Shown here: positions 21,811 to 30,889 of the stretch, one piece after another
How positions within the stretch are numbered: position 1 is the first letter of the stretch
Layout of the letters: every line of letters begins with the position of its first letter
Source: an uncultured Thermoanaerobaculia bacterium
GTDB lineage: Bacteria > Acidobacteriota > UBA4820 > DSQY01
Assembly (NCBI GenBank): GCA_964507185.1
Contig: CAZDOY010000011.1
Location: forward strand, 7,311 to 71,310
Direction of reading: 5' to 3'
DNA length: 64,000 bases
Notes under the pieces: model-generated
Told to the model about the DNA's origin: nothing
The model's input: the letters and a program-made list of their open reading frames with translations, nothing else
The model's database searches: none
Position numbers and translations under genes: made by a program

Positions 21811-22220
21811 CGTTTTGGCCTCCAAGAGGGGTCCCCTGACCAAGGGGTAACACAATTTCTAATGAAGTATGCTTCTCATGAGTTCGGACTAAATCAACAA
21901 TTTGGAAAGGGGCGAGGTCCTACGCAAGTCATGAGTCCGAAACCACTGAAAGCCACTTTCTCCTCTTCAGCCGCCGAGGCGGCCTACCCACAGAGCCCAT
22001 GTAAACACACTTCCGGTGATTTAGCAAGGGGTTTTGGCCCAGCTCTGGAAATGGGCTAAATACCCCATTCCGGGTCGTGAAAACGGCCGCTAGGTTGCCT
22101 CCCTGGCTCATGCGCATTGTGGTATCGTTTTCCCTTCGAACAGGTCCGTAGGAGGCCGGGGAAACGCCTGTAAATAAAAGATCGCGTTCTGCTGTTGTAC
22201 AGGCTCAGGAGGCATCGGCC

Positions 22221-25070
22221 ATGCGTTCAGTTCCGCCGGGGGGAGAATTTCATACGGATGCGGCCCACAGAGCTGTTTACTCGCGTGCGGCGTGCATCTA
22301 TTCGCGCTGGCCCCGGGGCGTGCTCTATCCGAAGGGACAGGAAGACCTGGCCTGGGCCCTTGGCTATGCGTCGGAAAACCGAATGCCGTTGACCATGCGG
22401 GGCGGCGGTTCCGGGCTGGCCGGACAGACGGTCGGCGAGGGCCTGGTGGCCGACGTGTCGAGGTGGATGACCGGCATACGGGAGTTTTCTCCCGACAGGC
22501 GCGAGGTGCTGGTCCAGCCGGGCGTCGTGCTGTCCACCCTGAACCGTGCCCTTGCCCCCGCCGGACTCAAGTTCGCCCCGGATCCTTCGAGCCAGGATTT
22601 CTGTACCCTCGGCGGCATGCTGGCCAACAATTCCAAAGGGGCCCGGTCTGTGAAATACGGCACGACCCTGGCCCACGTGAAGGCCCTGACCATGCTGCTG
22701 GCCGACGGTTCGGAGGTGAGGCTCGAGAGGGAGGCGCGCCCTCCCGGCGACTACTCGCATCCCTACCTGCGAAGGGCGGCCGCGCTCATCGAGGAGAACA
22801 GGGACCGGATTGTTCAAGGCTGGCCCGGGAGTCGCACCAACGCATCGGGCTACAACCTCAAGGGATGTCTCGGCTCGCCGGGAACGGTGGACCTTCTCCC
22901 GCTGTTCGTCGGGTCCGAAGGGACCCTCGGCGTATTTCTGGAGGCCCGGCTGGACCTCACGCCCATGCCGAAACACCAGGCCATGGTCCTCCTCATGTTC
23001 CCCGACGTGAATTCGGCCGGCCGGGCGGTGCTCGACATCCGGCCGCTGCGGCCCTCGGCCTGCGAGATACTGGACGACACGTTCCTCCAGATCATTCGGA
23101 GCGGGCTCGGGAGCTTTCCGCTCCCCGTGGAGGACGCGGCGCACACACTGCTGATCGTCGAGACGGACGGAGATTCGAGGGACGAAGCCGAGACGTCCAT
23201 GGACGCCGTCATGAAAGCCGCCGCCGCTTACGGTCCCGTCGGCATGCGCAGGGCTTCGACGGCAGACGAGCGGGCCGCGATCTGGTCCTTCCGCAAAGCG
23301 GCCAGCCCGTTGCTGAACAAGGGACGCGGAGCCTTGAAATCCACGCGCTTCATCGAAGATGGGGCCGTTCCCGGCGAGGCGATTCCCGACTATCTCAAGG
23401 GCGTGGCGAAGATCCTGGCGGCCAGGAGCATCGATACGGTCATTTTCGGGCACGCCGGAGACGGGAACTTTCACGTCAACCCTTTTCTCAACCTCAAAGA
23501 CCCCAAGCACTTCGAGCAGGTTCCGTTGATCGCGCGCGAGGTGGCGGAACTGCTCGGGAGTCTCAATGGGTCGTTGTCGGGCGAGCACGGGGACGGACGG
23601 CTGCGCACGCCCTACCTCCCGCTGGTCTACGGTTCCCTCACGGACCTATTCCGCGAGATCAAACTGATACTGGATCCCGACGAGATATTGAACCCCGGAA
23701 TCATCGCTCCGGCGGAACCCGAGCCCATCGACAGGGGGCTGCGGTTCAATCCCGGGTACCGAAGGACTTCGCTTCCAGGCCACCTCCAGGAGGCCTCGTG
23801 GGCCCTGGAAGCCGAACGCTGCCACGGGTGCGGCACCTGCAGGGATTTCTGTCCGACCGCACAGGCCAGCCATCACGATCTGCTGTCGAGCCGTGGCAGG
23901 GGGCACCTTCTCCAGGCCCTCCTGGCCGGCGAGATGGATTCGAAAGAGGCCTCGACGCCGGAGATACGGGAGATCTTCGAATCGTGTCTGGGCTGTTCGC
24001 AGTGCGCCATTCACTGTCCCACCGCCGTTGATATCGCGCCGCTGGCCGCCTCGTTCAGAGAGGCCTTCACGCCGCGTCTTGCGAGGGCCAGGGACGCCTT
24101 TCTCGGACGGGTTCCTTCGCTCGGCTACCGCACGGGGCCGACCCTCGGCCGGTTTGTGGGCCGGGCGGGCGGCCTGGCTCCCGCGCGGCTCGTCAACAGG
24201 GCCCTGCTTGGACTGCGGACGGACATACGTGCGCCCGAGATGGCCCGGGACTTCGCCTTCGATCCTTCCACGCTCTACCGCTACGAAGGCGCCGGAGCCG
24301 GCAGGGCGCTCTACTTCTACGGCTGTTACGGAAACACCTACAATCCGGACGGGGAGGCCCGCCTGGCGGTCTCCGTGATGAGGGCCCTGGGCGTGGAAGT
24401 CGTGGTGCCCCCGCAAGCGTGCTGCGGCGTGAGCAAAATGACGCGCGGCCTGCTGGACATGACGGCGCCCGATGTCCATTTCAACAGGAAAGCCTTCCTG
24501 CCCTATATCAGAGACGGCTTCACGCTCGTTGCCTCGGCGCCGTCATGCCTTCTCGCGCTCAAGAGGGAGCAGCCGAGATTCTTTCCCGGGCAGGAGGGCG
24601 ACGAACTGGCTGCGGGATGCACCGGGCTCTTTACCTTCCTCAAGGGTGCGCTCGATCGGACGAAGAGGGAACTAAACCCCGTGCCTCTGAGGGTGGTCTA
24701 CCAGACGCCCTGCCACGGCGCGGTGCTCGGGTCGTACAGGGACGAGGTGGAAGTCCTCCGGCGGATTCCGGGTCTGGATGTCCTCGACGTGACCGAAGAA
24801 TGCTGCGGCCTTTCGGGGACGTTCGGCGCGGAGGCGAAACACGCCGGCCTCTCGGACGCCATCGCTCGCCCCCTCATGGAAAGAATCGAGAAGGCCGGGC
24901 CCGACGCCGTGGTCACGCCCTGCGGTTCGTGCAGAACGCAGGACGAGACGCATCTTCCGTGGCCGGTCTACCACCCCCTCACGCTCCTCGCCAGGTCCCT
25001 CGGACTTGACGCCCCCGATATCCAGGGATCGCCCTGCCCGTCAGCTTCCTCCCACCTCCCGGCGTCCTGA
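22221..25070 (+). CDS. FAD-linked oxidase (GlcD-like) fused to an Fe-S oxidoreductase domain (2x[4Fe-4S] plus CCG domains, GlpC/HdrD-like); Dld-II-type D-lactate/2-hydroxyacid dehydrogenase-like
   Basis: 949 aa. The N-terminus has a FAD-binding PCMH domain (GGGSGLAGQTVGEG). The middle has CxxCxxCxxxCP motifs (CHGCGTCRDFCP, CLGCSQCAIHCP). The C-terminus has two cysteine-rich CCG domains. ATG 22221 with AGGAGG RBS. Confidence 0.8.
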   Translation: MRSVPPGGEFHTDAAHRAVYSRAACIYSRWPRGVLYPKGQEDLAWALGYASENRMPLTMRGGGSGLAGQTVGEGLVADVSRWMTGIREFSPDRREVLVQPGVVLSTLNRALAPAGLKFAPDPSSQDFCTLGGMLANNSKGARSVKYGTTLAHVKALTMLLADGSEVRLEREARPPGDYSHPYLRRAAALIEENRDRIVQGWPGSRTNASGYNLKGCLGSPGTVDLLPLFVGSEGTLGVFLEARLDLTPMPKHQAMVLLMFPDVNSAGRAVLDIRPLRPSACEILDDTFLQIIRSGLGSFPLPVEDAAHTLLIVETDGDSRDEAETSMDAVMKAAAAYGPVGMRRASTADERAAIWSFRKAASPLLNKGRGALKSTRFIEDGAVPGEAIPDYLKGVAKILAARSIDTVIFGHAGDGNFHVNPFLNLKDPKHFEQVPLIAREVAELLGSLNGSLSGEHGDGRLRTPYLPLVYGSLTDLFREIKLILDPDEILNPGIIAPAEPEPIDRGLRFNPGYRRTSLPGHLQEASWALEAERCHGCGTCRDFCPTAQASHHDLLSSRGRGHLLQALLAGEMDSKEASTPEIREIFESCLGCSQCAIHCPTAVDIAPLAASFREAFTPRLARARDAFLGRVPSLGYRTGPTLGRFVGRAGGLAPARLVNRALLGLRTDIRAPEMARDFAFDPSTLYRYEGAGAGRALYFYGCYGNTYNPDGEARLAVSVMRALGVEVVVPPQACCGVSKMTRGLLDMTAPDVHFNRKAFLPYIRDGFTLVASAPSCLLALKREQPRFFPGQEGDELAAGCTGLFTFLKGALDRTKRELNPVPLRVVYQTPCHGAVLGSYRDEVEVLRRIPGLDVLDVTEECCGLSGTFGAEAKHAGLSDAIARPLMERIEKAGPDAVVTPCGSCRTQDETHLPWPVYHPLTLLARSLGLDAPDIQGSPCPSASSHLPAS

Positions 25071-25263
25071 TTACGCCGCTGCACCCTGAGTCGACGTTCA
25101 ATCTCCATAAATAGTTTGAACAGGGAGGAAGGGAGGACGGGAGTGAGAGAATTCCGGATTTGAAAGACGGCTGGGGACGGGTCTTCAAGGACTTTCCGGC
25201 GTTCTGCTGCTCGGATATCGGCATCCCGGACTCATGGCCACGGGTGAAGGTCTGCCCTCTACG

Positions 25264-25294
25264 CCATCACTTGATCACTCGATCACTGAATCAC
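25264..25294. repeat. Tandem octamer array ccATCACTtGATCACTcGATCACTgaATCACC, a member of a dispersed intergenic repeat family
   Basis: Read directly from the sequence: four tandem 8-mers of the GATCACT type. Related arrays occur at 50734-50770, 59074-59107, 59181-59202, 43153-43172 and 62621-62648. Confidence 0.6.
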
Positions 25295-25335
25295 CGGCCC
25301 TGCGGGGGCCGCAGTTTCCGCGGCCCCCGCAGGGC
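25295..25335. terminator. Perfect 17-bp inverted repeat between two convergent genes; candidate bidirectional terminator
   Basis: GGCCCTGCGGGGGCCGC-agtttcc-GCGGCCCCCGCAGGGCC lies between the stop of the FAD/Fe-S dehydrogenase (25070, + strand) and the stop of aconitase (25342, - strand). There is no strong U-tract on either side. Confidence 0.45.
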
Positions 25336-25341
25336 CTCCCA

Positions 25342-27615
25342 TCACGCGTTCTTCCTCAGAACGTTCAACGCGCTGCCCGCCTTGAACCACTCGATCTGCT
25401 CGGGGTTGAGACTGTGCCTCAGGCGGATCTCCTCCGCCGTCCCATCCGCATGGTGCAGGCGGCCGCGTACTGTGCTGCCGGGTGCCAGGTCCTTGAGCCC
25501 CAGAATGCTGATCTTGTCCGTTTCTTCCACCTTGTCGTAGTCGAAGGGATTTTCGAAGGTCAGCGGCAGGACGCCCTGCTTCTTGAGGTTGCTCTCGTGG
25601 ATGCGCGCGAAGGACCGGCTGATGACGGCGGCCGCTCCCAGGAACCGCGGCGACATGGCGGCGTGCTCGCGGCTGGAGCCTTCTCCGTAGTTGTCGTCGC
25701 CCACGACCACCCAGCGCATGCCCTTGTTCTTGTACTCGCGGGCGATCTTCGCCAGCGATCCGCCCTTTTCGCCCGTGACCTGGTTGAGGCCCGTGCCGCT
25801 CTCGCCCGTGAATGCGTTGACGGCCCCGTTGAACATGTTGTCGCTGATCCGGTCGAGGTGGCCGCGGAACCTCAGCCACGGCCCGGCGGGTGAGATGTGG
25901 TCGGTGGTGCACTTGCCCTGGGCCTTGAAGAGCAGGGGAAGCTCCTGGTAATCCTTGCCGTCCCAGGGGGAAAAGGGCGTCAAGAGCTGGAGCCGTTCGC
26001 TGTCCGGCTTGACATCGACCTCGATGTTTTCGGCATCGGAGGCAGGGGGTTGATAGCCGTGCTCGTCCTTCACGAAGCCCTTTTCCGGAAGATCCGGGGA
26101 AGGTTCGGGCGGCTTGAGCACGAAGGACCCTCCGTCCGGCGTCTCGACGGTGTCCTTCAGCGGGTTGAAGGAGAGCCGTCCCGCCAGCGAGTAGGCGAGA
26201 ACGACCTCGGGGCTGGTGAGGAAGGACAGGGTCGTGGCGTTCCCGTCGTTGCGGCGGGGAAAGTTCCGGTTGAACGAACTGATGATGGAATTCTTTTCGC
26301 CCGGTTGAAGGTCGTCGCGTTTCCACTGCCCGATGCACGGGCCGCAGGCGTTGGCCAGAACGGTCGCCCCCACGGCTTCGAGCGCGGCCATCTGGCCGTC
26401 GCGCTCGATGGTGGCGCGCACCTGCTCGCTTCCCGGCGTCACCATGAGAGGGATGACCGTCTTCATGCCTTTCTCGGATGCCTGCCGGGCCACCTGGGCC
26501 GCGCGTCCCATGTCTTCGTAGGAGGAATTGGTGCACGAGCCGATGAGGCCGTAGCGCAACCGGTCGGGATAACCCTCGCTGGCCACCGCCTCCTTCAGTT
26601 CGGACACAGTGCGCGCGAGGTCGGGCGTGTGCGGACCGGTGACGTGGGGTTCGAGCGTCGACAGGTCAATTTCGACCACGCGTTCGAAGAACTTCTCGGG
26701 CGAGGCCTCGACCTCCGGATCGGCGCGGAGCATGTCGATGTGCTTCGAGGCGAGGTCGGCGATAGCCTCGCGCTCGGTGCCCCGAAGGTAGGCGTCCATC
26801 CGCCTGTCGAAGGGGAAGATGCTCGTGGTGGCGCCCAGTTCGGCGCCCATGTTCGTGATGGTGCCCTTGCCGGTGCACGACAGGGCCTCGACGCCGGGGC
26901 CGAAATACTCGATGACCCGGTTGGTCCCGCCCTTGACGCTCAGGATTCCGAGAAGCTTGAGGATGACGTCCTTCGGACTCGTCCATCCCGAGAGCTTCCC
27001 CGTAAGATGCACGCCGACGATGTTCGGATAGAGGACCTCCCAGGGAAAACCCGCCATGACGTCCACGGCATCGGCGCCGCCCACGCCCGAGGCGAACATG
27101 CCCAGGCCGCCGGCGTTGGGCGTGTGGCTGTCCGTCCCGATCATCATACCGCCGGGAAAAGCGTAGTTTTCCAGGACCACCTGGTGGATAATGCCGGCGC
27201 CCGGTTTCCAGAAGCCGATGCCGTATTTGGACGAAACGGACGCCAGGAAGTCGTAGACCTCCTTGTTCGAGGTCGTGGCGGCGGCCAGGTCCGGCCCCGC
27301 ACCGGTGTGGGCAAGGATGAGGTGGTCGCAGTGGACGGTTGTGGGAACGGCCGTATGCTTCTTGCCGGCCTGCATGAACTGGAGAAGCGCCATCTGAGCC
27401 GTCGCGTCCTGCATGGCGATACGGTCCGGGCGAAGGTTGATGTAGCTCTTACCCGCGTTGAGTTCGGCCAGTCCCGGATTGTCCAGGTGTCCCAGCAAAA
27501 CCTTTTCGGCGTAGGTCAGGGGGCGCTTGAGACGATCTCGGACAATTTCAATATTCTTGGAAACTCCGGCGTAAGCTTCCGCCACGAACTGCGGAGTCGA
27601 TTCGATGGTAGGCAT
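25342..27615 (-). CDS. Aconitate hydratase (mitochondrial-type monomeric aconitase, ~750 aa)
   Basis: Aconitase signatures: the three cluster Cys (GSCTNSS...ANACGPCIG), substrate-binding SR residues and a swivel domain. AGGAGG RBS before ATG 27615. Confidence 0.9.
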   Translation of the reverse strand: MPTIESTPQFVAEAYAGVSKNIEIVRDRLKRPLTYAEKVLLGHLDNPGLAELNAGKSYINLRPDRIAMQDATAQMALLQFMQAGKKHTAVPTTVHCDHLILAHTGAGPDLAAATTSNKEVYDFLASVSSKYGIGFWKPGAGIIHQVVLENYAFPGGMMIGTDSHTPNAGGLGMFASGVGGADAVDVMAGFPWEVLYPNIVGVHLTGKLSGWTSPKDVILKLLGILSVKGGTNRVIEYFGPGVEALSCTGKGTITNMGAELGATTSIFPFDRRMDAYLRGTEREAIADLASKHIDMLRADPEVEASPEKFFERVVEIDLSTLEPHVTGPHTPDLARTVSELKEAVASEGYPDRLRYGLIGSCTNSSYEDMGRAAQVARQASEKGMKTVIPLMVTPGSEQVRATIERDGQMAALEAVGATVLANACGPCIGQWKRDDLQPGEKNSIISSFNRNFPRRNDGNATTLSFLTSPEVVLAYSLAGRLSFNPLKDTVETPDGGSFVLKPPEPSPDLPEKGFVKDEHGYQPPASDAENIEVDVKPDSERLQLLTPFSPWDGKDYQELPLLFKAQGKCTTDHISPAGPWLRFRGHLDRISDNMFNGAVNAFTGESGTGLNQVTGEKGGSLAKIAREYKNKGMRWVVVGDDNYGEGSSREHAAMSPRFLGAAAVISRSFARIHESNLKKQGVLPLTFENPFDYDKVEETDKISILGLKDLAPGSTVRGRLHHADGTAEEIRLRHSLNPEQIEWFKAGSALNVLRKNA

Positions 27616-27744
27616 TGGAACCTCCTGTTCTATTATTCAATCACTTCATCTTAACTTGAATGCCATTGCAAACGAATAATTTCATCTCAGTCCTTCGTCA
27701 AGTCGACGCAGGGGGCGGAGGCGCGAGTGGGGCGGATCGCGGTC

Positions 27745-28773
27745 TCAGGACGCGGCCGGTACACCGGGCTTGAGGATTTCGCACCCGAGGGTTCGCAGGA
27801 GCACGTTGGCGTAGGAGCCCGGCGGCAGAAAGAAGGCGAGCGTTGCAATTCCCGAGTCATCCGACCCGGAATGCGGCGAAAAAGCTTGCAGGGCGAGCGA
27901 TCCCACCGGGACGCGCAGGAACCGTCTGGCCCCGGGGGCCTTGGTGGCCATGAGTGAACCCTCGTTCAGACCGTTCGCCGCGAGCACCTCGCGTTCAAGT
28001 TCCAGCGCGTCGAGGGCGGGATGGGGCATCTTCCTGCCGGGTATGGGACCGGTGGGGGAGATTTCCAGTGCGCGAATGCGCCTTTCGATCTCCGGATCCG
28101 GGGCCTCCGCCACGAATTCTCCGCCCGTATCGTGTTTTTTCATGAGGTCGCCCGCGACCGGTCCGGGATAGAGGTCCCGTTCCTGACGGAGTTCCAGGAG
28201 CTGATTGAAGAGGTGCGCTTGAAAAACCGATACGGCGAAACGGCTCTTTCTGAAAGAGCCGAAACGCCTCAGCCCCGAGAATAGAAGGCGGCCCTCCTCC
28301 ACGGCGCGTCCGTCGCCGAACCTCTGGGGGCCGAAAGCGTTGGGGAAGCCGTGCTCGCGCACATGGGCGCAGGCCGCCTCGAGTCTCTCGCGCTCGTCCG
28401 GTCCCGACCACTCAATGACCGCCGTGAACCGGTTGCCCTTCAGCTTGCCGGTGCGGAGTTTGTGCTCGTGCCGTGCCGACCCCAGCACCTCGACCCCCAG
28501 GCAGCCGAGCACGTCGCGTGCCCTTGTTTCGAGCGCGGCCGGCAGAGAAATGGTCTGGATCGTGGTGGCGTCCCGGTCCTTGTTGCCCGCGCAGCCGATG
28601 TCCGGTTCCTTCACGCCGAGTCTCTTCTGCAGTGTCCGCAACAGATAGGGCGTGGAGATGTCCCTGCGCCGAATAGTCAGGTAGAGGTGACCGCCCTCGC
28701 CCGACGGCTCGAAGAGAGGGATTTCCTCGACGGTGAACGTGTCGGCGGACTGGCGGAATCTCAGGGCAGCCAC
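27745..28773 (-). CDS. truD: tRNA pseudouridine(13) synthase TruD
   Basis: TruD motifs (FTVEEIPLFEPSGEGGHLYLTIRR ... GCAGNKDRDATTIQTIS). The track start at 28845 overlaps larC by 85 nt. I prefer GTG 28773 (GGAGAG upstream), only 8 nt past the larC stop; the exact start is uncertain. Confidence 0.7.
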   Translation of the reverse strand: MAALRFRQSADTFTVEEIPLFEPSGEGGHLYLTIRRRDISTPYLLRTLQKRLGVKEPDIGCAGNKDRDATTIQTISLPAALETRARDVLGCLGVEVLGSARHEHKLRTGKLKGNRFTAVIEWSGPDERERLEAACAHVREHGFPNAFGPQRFGDGRAVEEGRLLFSGLRRFGSFRKSRFAVSVFQAHLFNQLLELRQERDLYPGPVAGDLMKKHDTGGEFVAEAPDPEIERRIRALEISPTGPIPGRKMPHPALDALELEREVLAANGLNEGSLMATKAPGARRFLRVPVGSLALQAFSPHSGSDDSGIATLAFFLPPGSYANVLLRTLGCEILKPGVPAAS

Positions 28774-29912
28774 TTGTGGAAACTCTCCGCGATTTCCCTG
28801 GCGGGAACGCCCGCGGCCCTGCTCAGAGCCTTCACGTCCTCCCACTCGGCGTGCATCCGGGTGCGGCCCGAGGGCAGCGTGATGACCTTGACCCGCAGGG
28901 GGCCGTGGGGCGTCTCCACGGTCGTGATCGTCCTGGGCAGTTCCCGCCGCTTCCAGAGGGACGAGCGAACGCCCGTGGTCGTGGTGTGCTCAAGGAGGAG
29001 GTCGCCGATCACGGCCTCGTCGGCCGGCGGGTAGAGCACCGTGATCGTCCACGCGGGGCGGTGCTTCTTGCCCTGCACGGGGGTCACGAAGACGTCCAGG
29101 GCCCCGGCCGAGCGCACGACTTCGAGAGCGCCGGCCAGCAGTTCGGGCGTCATGTCGTCTATCTGGGCTTCGGTCACGCCCACGAGGCCGTCTCCCGGTT
29201 CTTCGGCGAGCAGAACCGCTCTCAGCACGTTGGGCATACCCTCCGTGTCTTTCGATCCAGCACCGTAGCCGGCAGCCCTGAGCACGCCGGCCGGCATGGG
29301 CCCGAAGCGGCGGGCCAGCGTCACGGCGAGGACGGCGCCGGTAGGGGTCGTACGCTCCACGGCGGGGCCGAAAGCGAAGACAGGTCGGCCCTTCAAGAGT
29401 TCGACAACGGCCGGTGGCGGGACGGGAAAGGTCCCGTGCTCCATGGTCGTGAAGCCCGAACCCAGGTTCATCGGGCCGCATTCGACCGGAGGACATCCCA
29501 GCGAGTGCCACGCGGCGCAAGCGCCGACGATGTCCGCGATGGCGTCCGCCGCACCCACCTCGTGGAAGTGTATCTCCTCCACGCCGCATCCGTGCACGGA
29601 AGCTTCGGCCTCCGCAAGCCTGGTGAAGGCCGCGGCGGCTTTTTCGGCGGCGGCTTCGGGAAGGCCGCCTTTCTGGATGATCGAAAGAATGTCCGCAAGG
29701 TGGCGGTGCGCATTTTCAACGGGCGAGGAAACCGTTCCATGGAGCGCCGCGAGGCCTTGCCTGCGCACTTTCTGGAAGGTGAATTCCAGGTCTCCCAGGC
29801 CCAGTCGCGCCAGCGCAGCGTTCACCACGGCGGGATCCGCTCCGGCGTCCACGAGGGCGGAAACGGTCATGTCTCCGGCGATACCCATTAAGGGGTCGAG
29901 ATACAGTATCAC
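28761..29912 (-). CDS. larC: LarC family nickel-insertion protein (DUF111; nickel-pincer cofactor biosynthesis)
   Basis: Canonical N-terminus MILYLDPLMGIAGDM and conserved DUF111 core. GTG start at 29912 with GGAGG 9 nt upstream. Confidence 0.8.
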   Translation of the reverse strand: MILYLDPLMGIAGDMTVSALVDAGADPAVVNAALARLGLGDLEFTFQKVRRQGLAALHGTVSSPVENAHRHLADILSIIQKGGLPEAAAEKAAAAFTRLAEAEASVHGCGVEEIHFHEVGAADAIADIVGACAAWHSLGCPPVECGPMNLGSGFTTMEHGTFPVPPPAVVELLKGRPVFAFGPAVERTTPTGAVLAVTLARRFGPMPAGVLRAAGYGAGSKDTEGMPNVLRAVLLAEEPGDGLVGVTEAQIDDMTPELLAGALEVVRSAGALDVFVTPVQGKKHRPAWTITVLYPPADEAVIGDLLLEHTTTTGVRSSLWKRRELPRTITTVETPHGPLRVKVITLPSGRTRMHAEWEDVKALSRAAGVPAREIAESFHKWLP

Positions 29913-29930
29913 TCCGAATGCCTCCGTGGG

Positions 29931-30680
29931 TTATTGCCCGCCCGTATCGAGCTGCGTCTTTATGAGATCGCGCGTCTTCTCGATCAGTCCGTCGCGGTCC
30001 TCGTACTGCATCCCGACCGTCGGAATCGGGTCGAAAAAGGTCAGCCGGATCGTGCCCGTCGTAACCCGGAATCCGTGTCGGCGCTGCACGCGCTGGGCGC
30101 CCTCGATGGAGAAGGGAACGACCGGCATCGCGTTTTCGATGGCCAGCACGAACACGCCCTTCTTGAAGCGCATGAGCGTCTCGGTGCGGTTTCTCGTGCC
30201 TTCGGGGAAGGCGAGTATGCTCATACCCGTCCGCTCTATCCGCCTGGAGAGCTTATCCATCGTTTTTCGCGCCTTCGCGCTGTTTCCCCTGTCCACGAAA
30301 GGAAAGCCCGAGGCCAGCAAAGCCCATCCGAATATGGGGATCTTGGCCAACTCCTTCTTGACGAGGAACCTGTAGTAGTGGTCCTTCAACGCCAGGATCA
30401 TGACGTAAATATCGAAGTTGCTTGCATGGTTGCCCACGAGCACCTGCCCCTTGTCCCGGGGGACCTTCTCCAGGCCCTCGATCTCCAGCTTCACGCCGGC
30501 CACCTTGAGGATGGCGATCGCCCAGATGCGGCCGGCCCAGAAGACCACGTTCCCACCGGTAAAAGGGCTTAGCACGATCACTATGGGTCCCAGAACGGCC
30601 ACCAGAATCCACACCGTCAGGTGGACCAGGATGCTGCGTAGAACAATCCCCACGGGATCCCCCTCGGCATTCTCGGACAT
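29931..30680 (-). CDS. plsC: 1-acyl-sn-glycerol-3-phosphate acyltransferase (PlsC family)
   Basis: HX4D acyltransferase motif (NHASNFD) and FPEGTR motif, with an N-terminal TM helix. The start is uncertain: I chose ATG 30680 for a typical ~250-aa length, but the track allows up to 30800. Confidence 0.7.
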   Translation of the reverse strand: MSENAEGDPVGIVLRSILVHLTVWILVAVLGPIVIVLSPFTGGNVVFWAGRIWAIAILKVAGVKLEIEGLEKVPRDKGQVLVGNHASNFDIYVMILALKDHYYRFLVKKELAKIPIFGWALLASGFPFVDRGNSAKARKTMDKLSRRIERTGMSILAFPEGTRNRTETLMRFKKGVFVLAIENAMPVVPFSIEGAQRVQRRHGFRVTTGTIRLTFFDPIPTVGMQYEDRDGLIEKTRDLIKTQLDTGGQ

Positions 30681-30889
30681 GACTGCACGAGTGTCATCCA
30701 CTTGATGCCCCTCCTGACCGAACCCCCCTGGCGACATTATACATCCCGCGATGGCCGCTGCATCCTCCCCTGCGGGACCGGGAACAGGGCGATACGACAT
30801 GGATGTCTGAAAAGCGGAGAGGTACCTGCGCGCGAAGATCGCCTGGAGAGCGTCCCGAGACGCTGCAACGGGGAAAATCCCTCACCCGG

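Noticed and set aside
22227-24031. 453-aa and 579-aa ORFs overlapping the FAD/Fe-S dehydrogenase gene
   Set aside because: Same GC-frame artefact (Arg/Gly/Pro-rich, no motifs). The + strand frame-0 protein has clear domain signatures.
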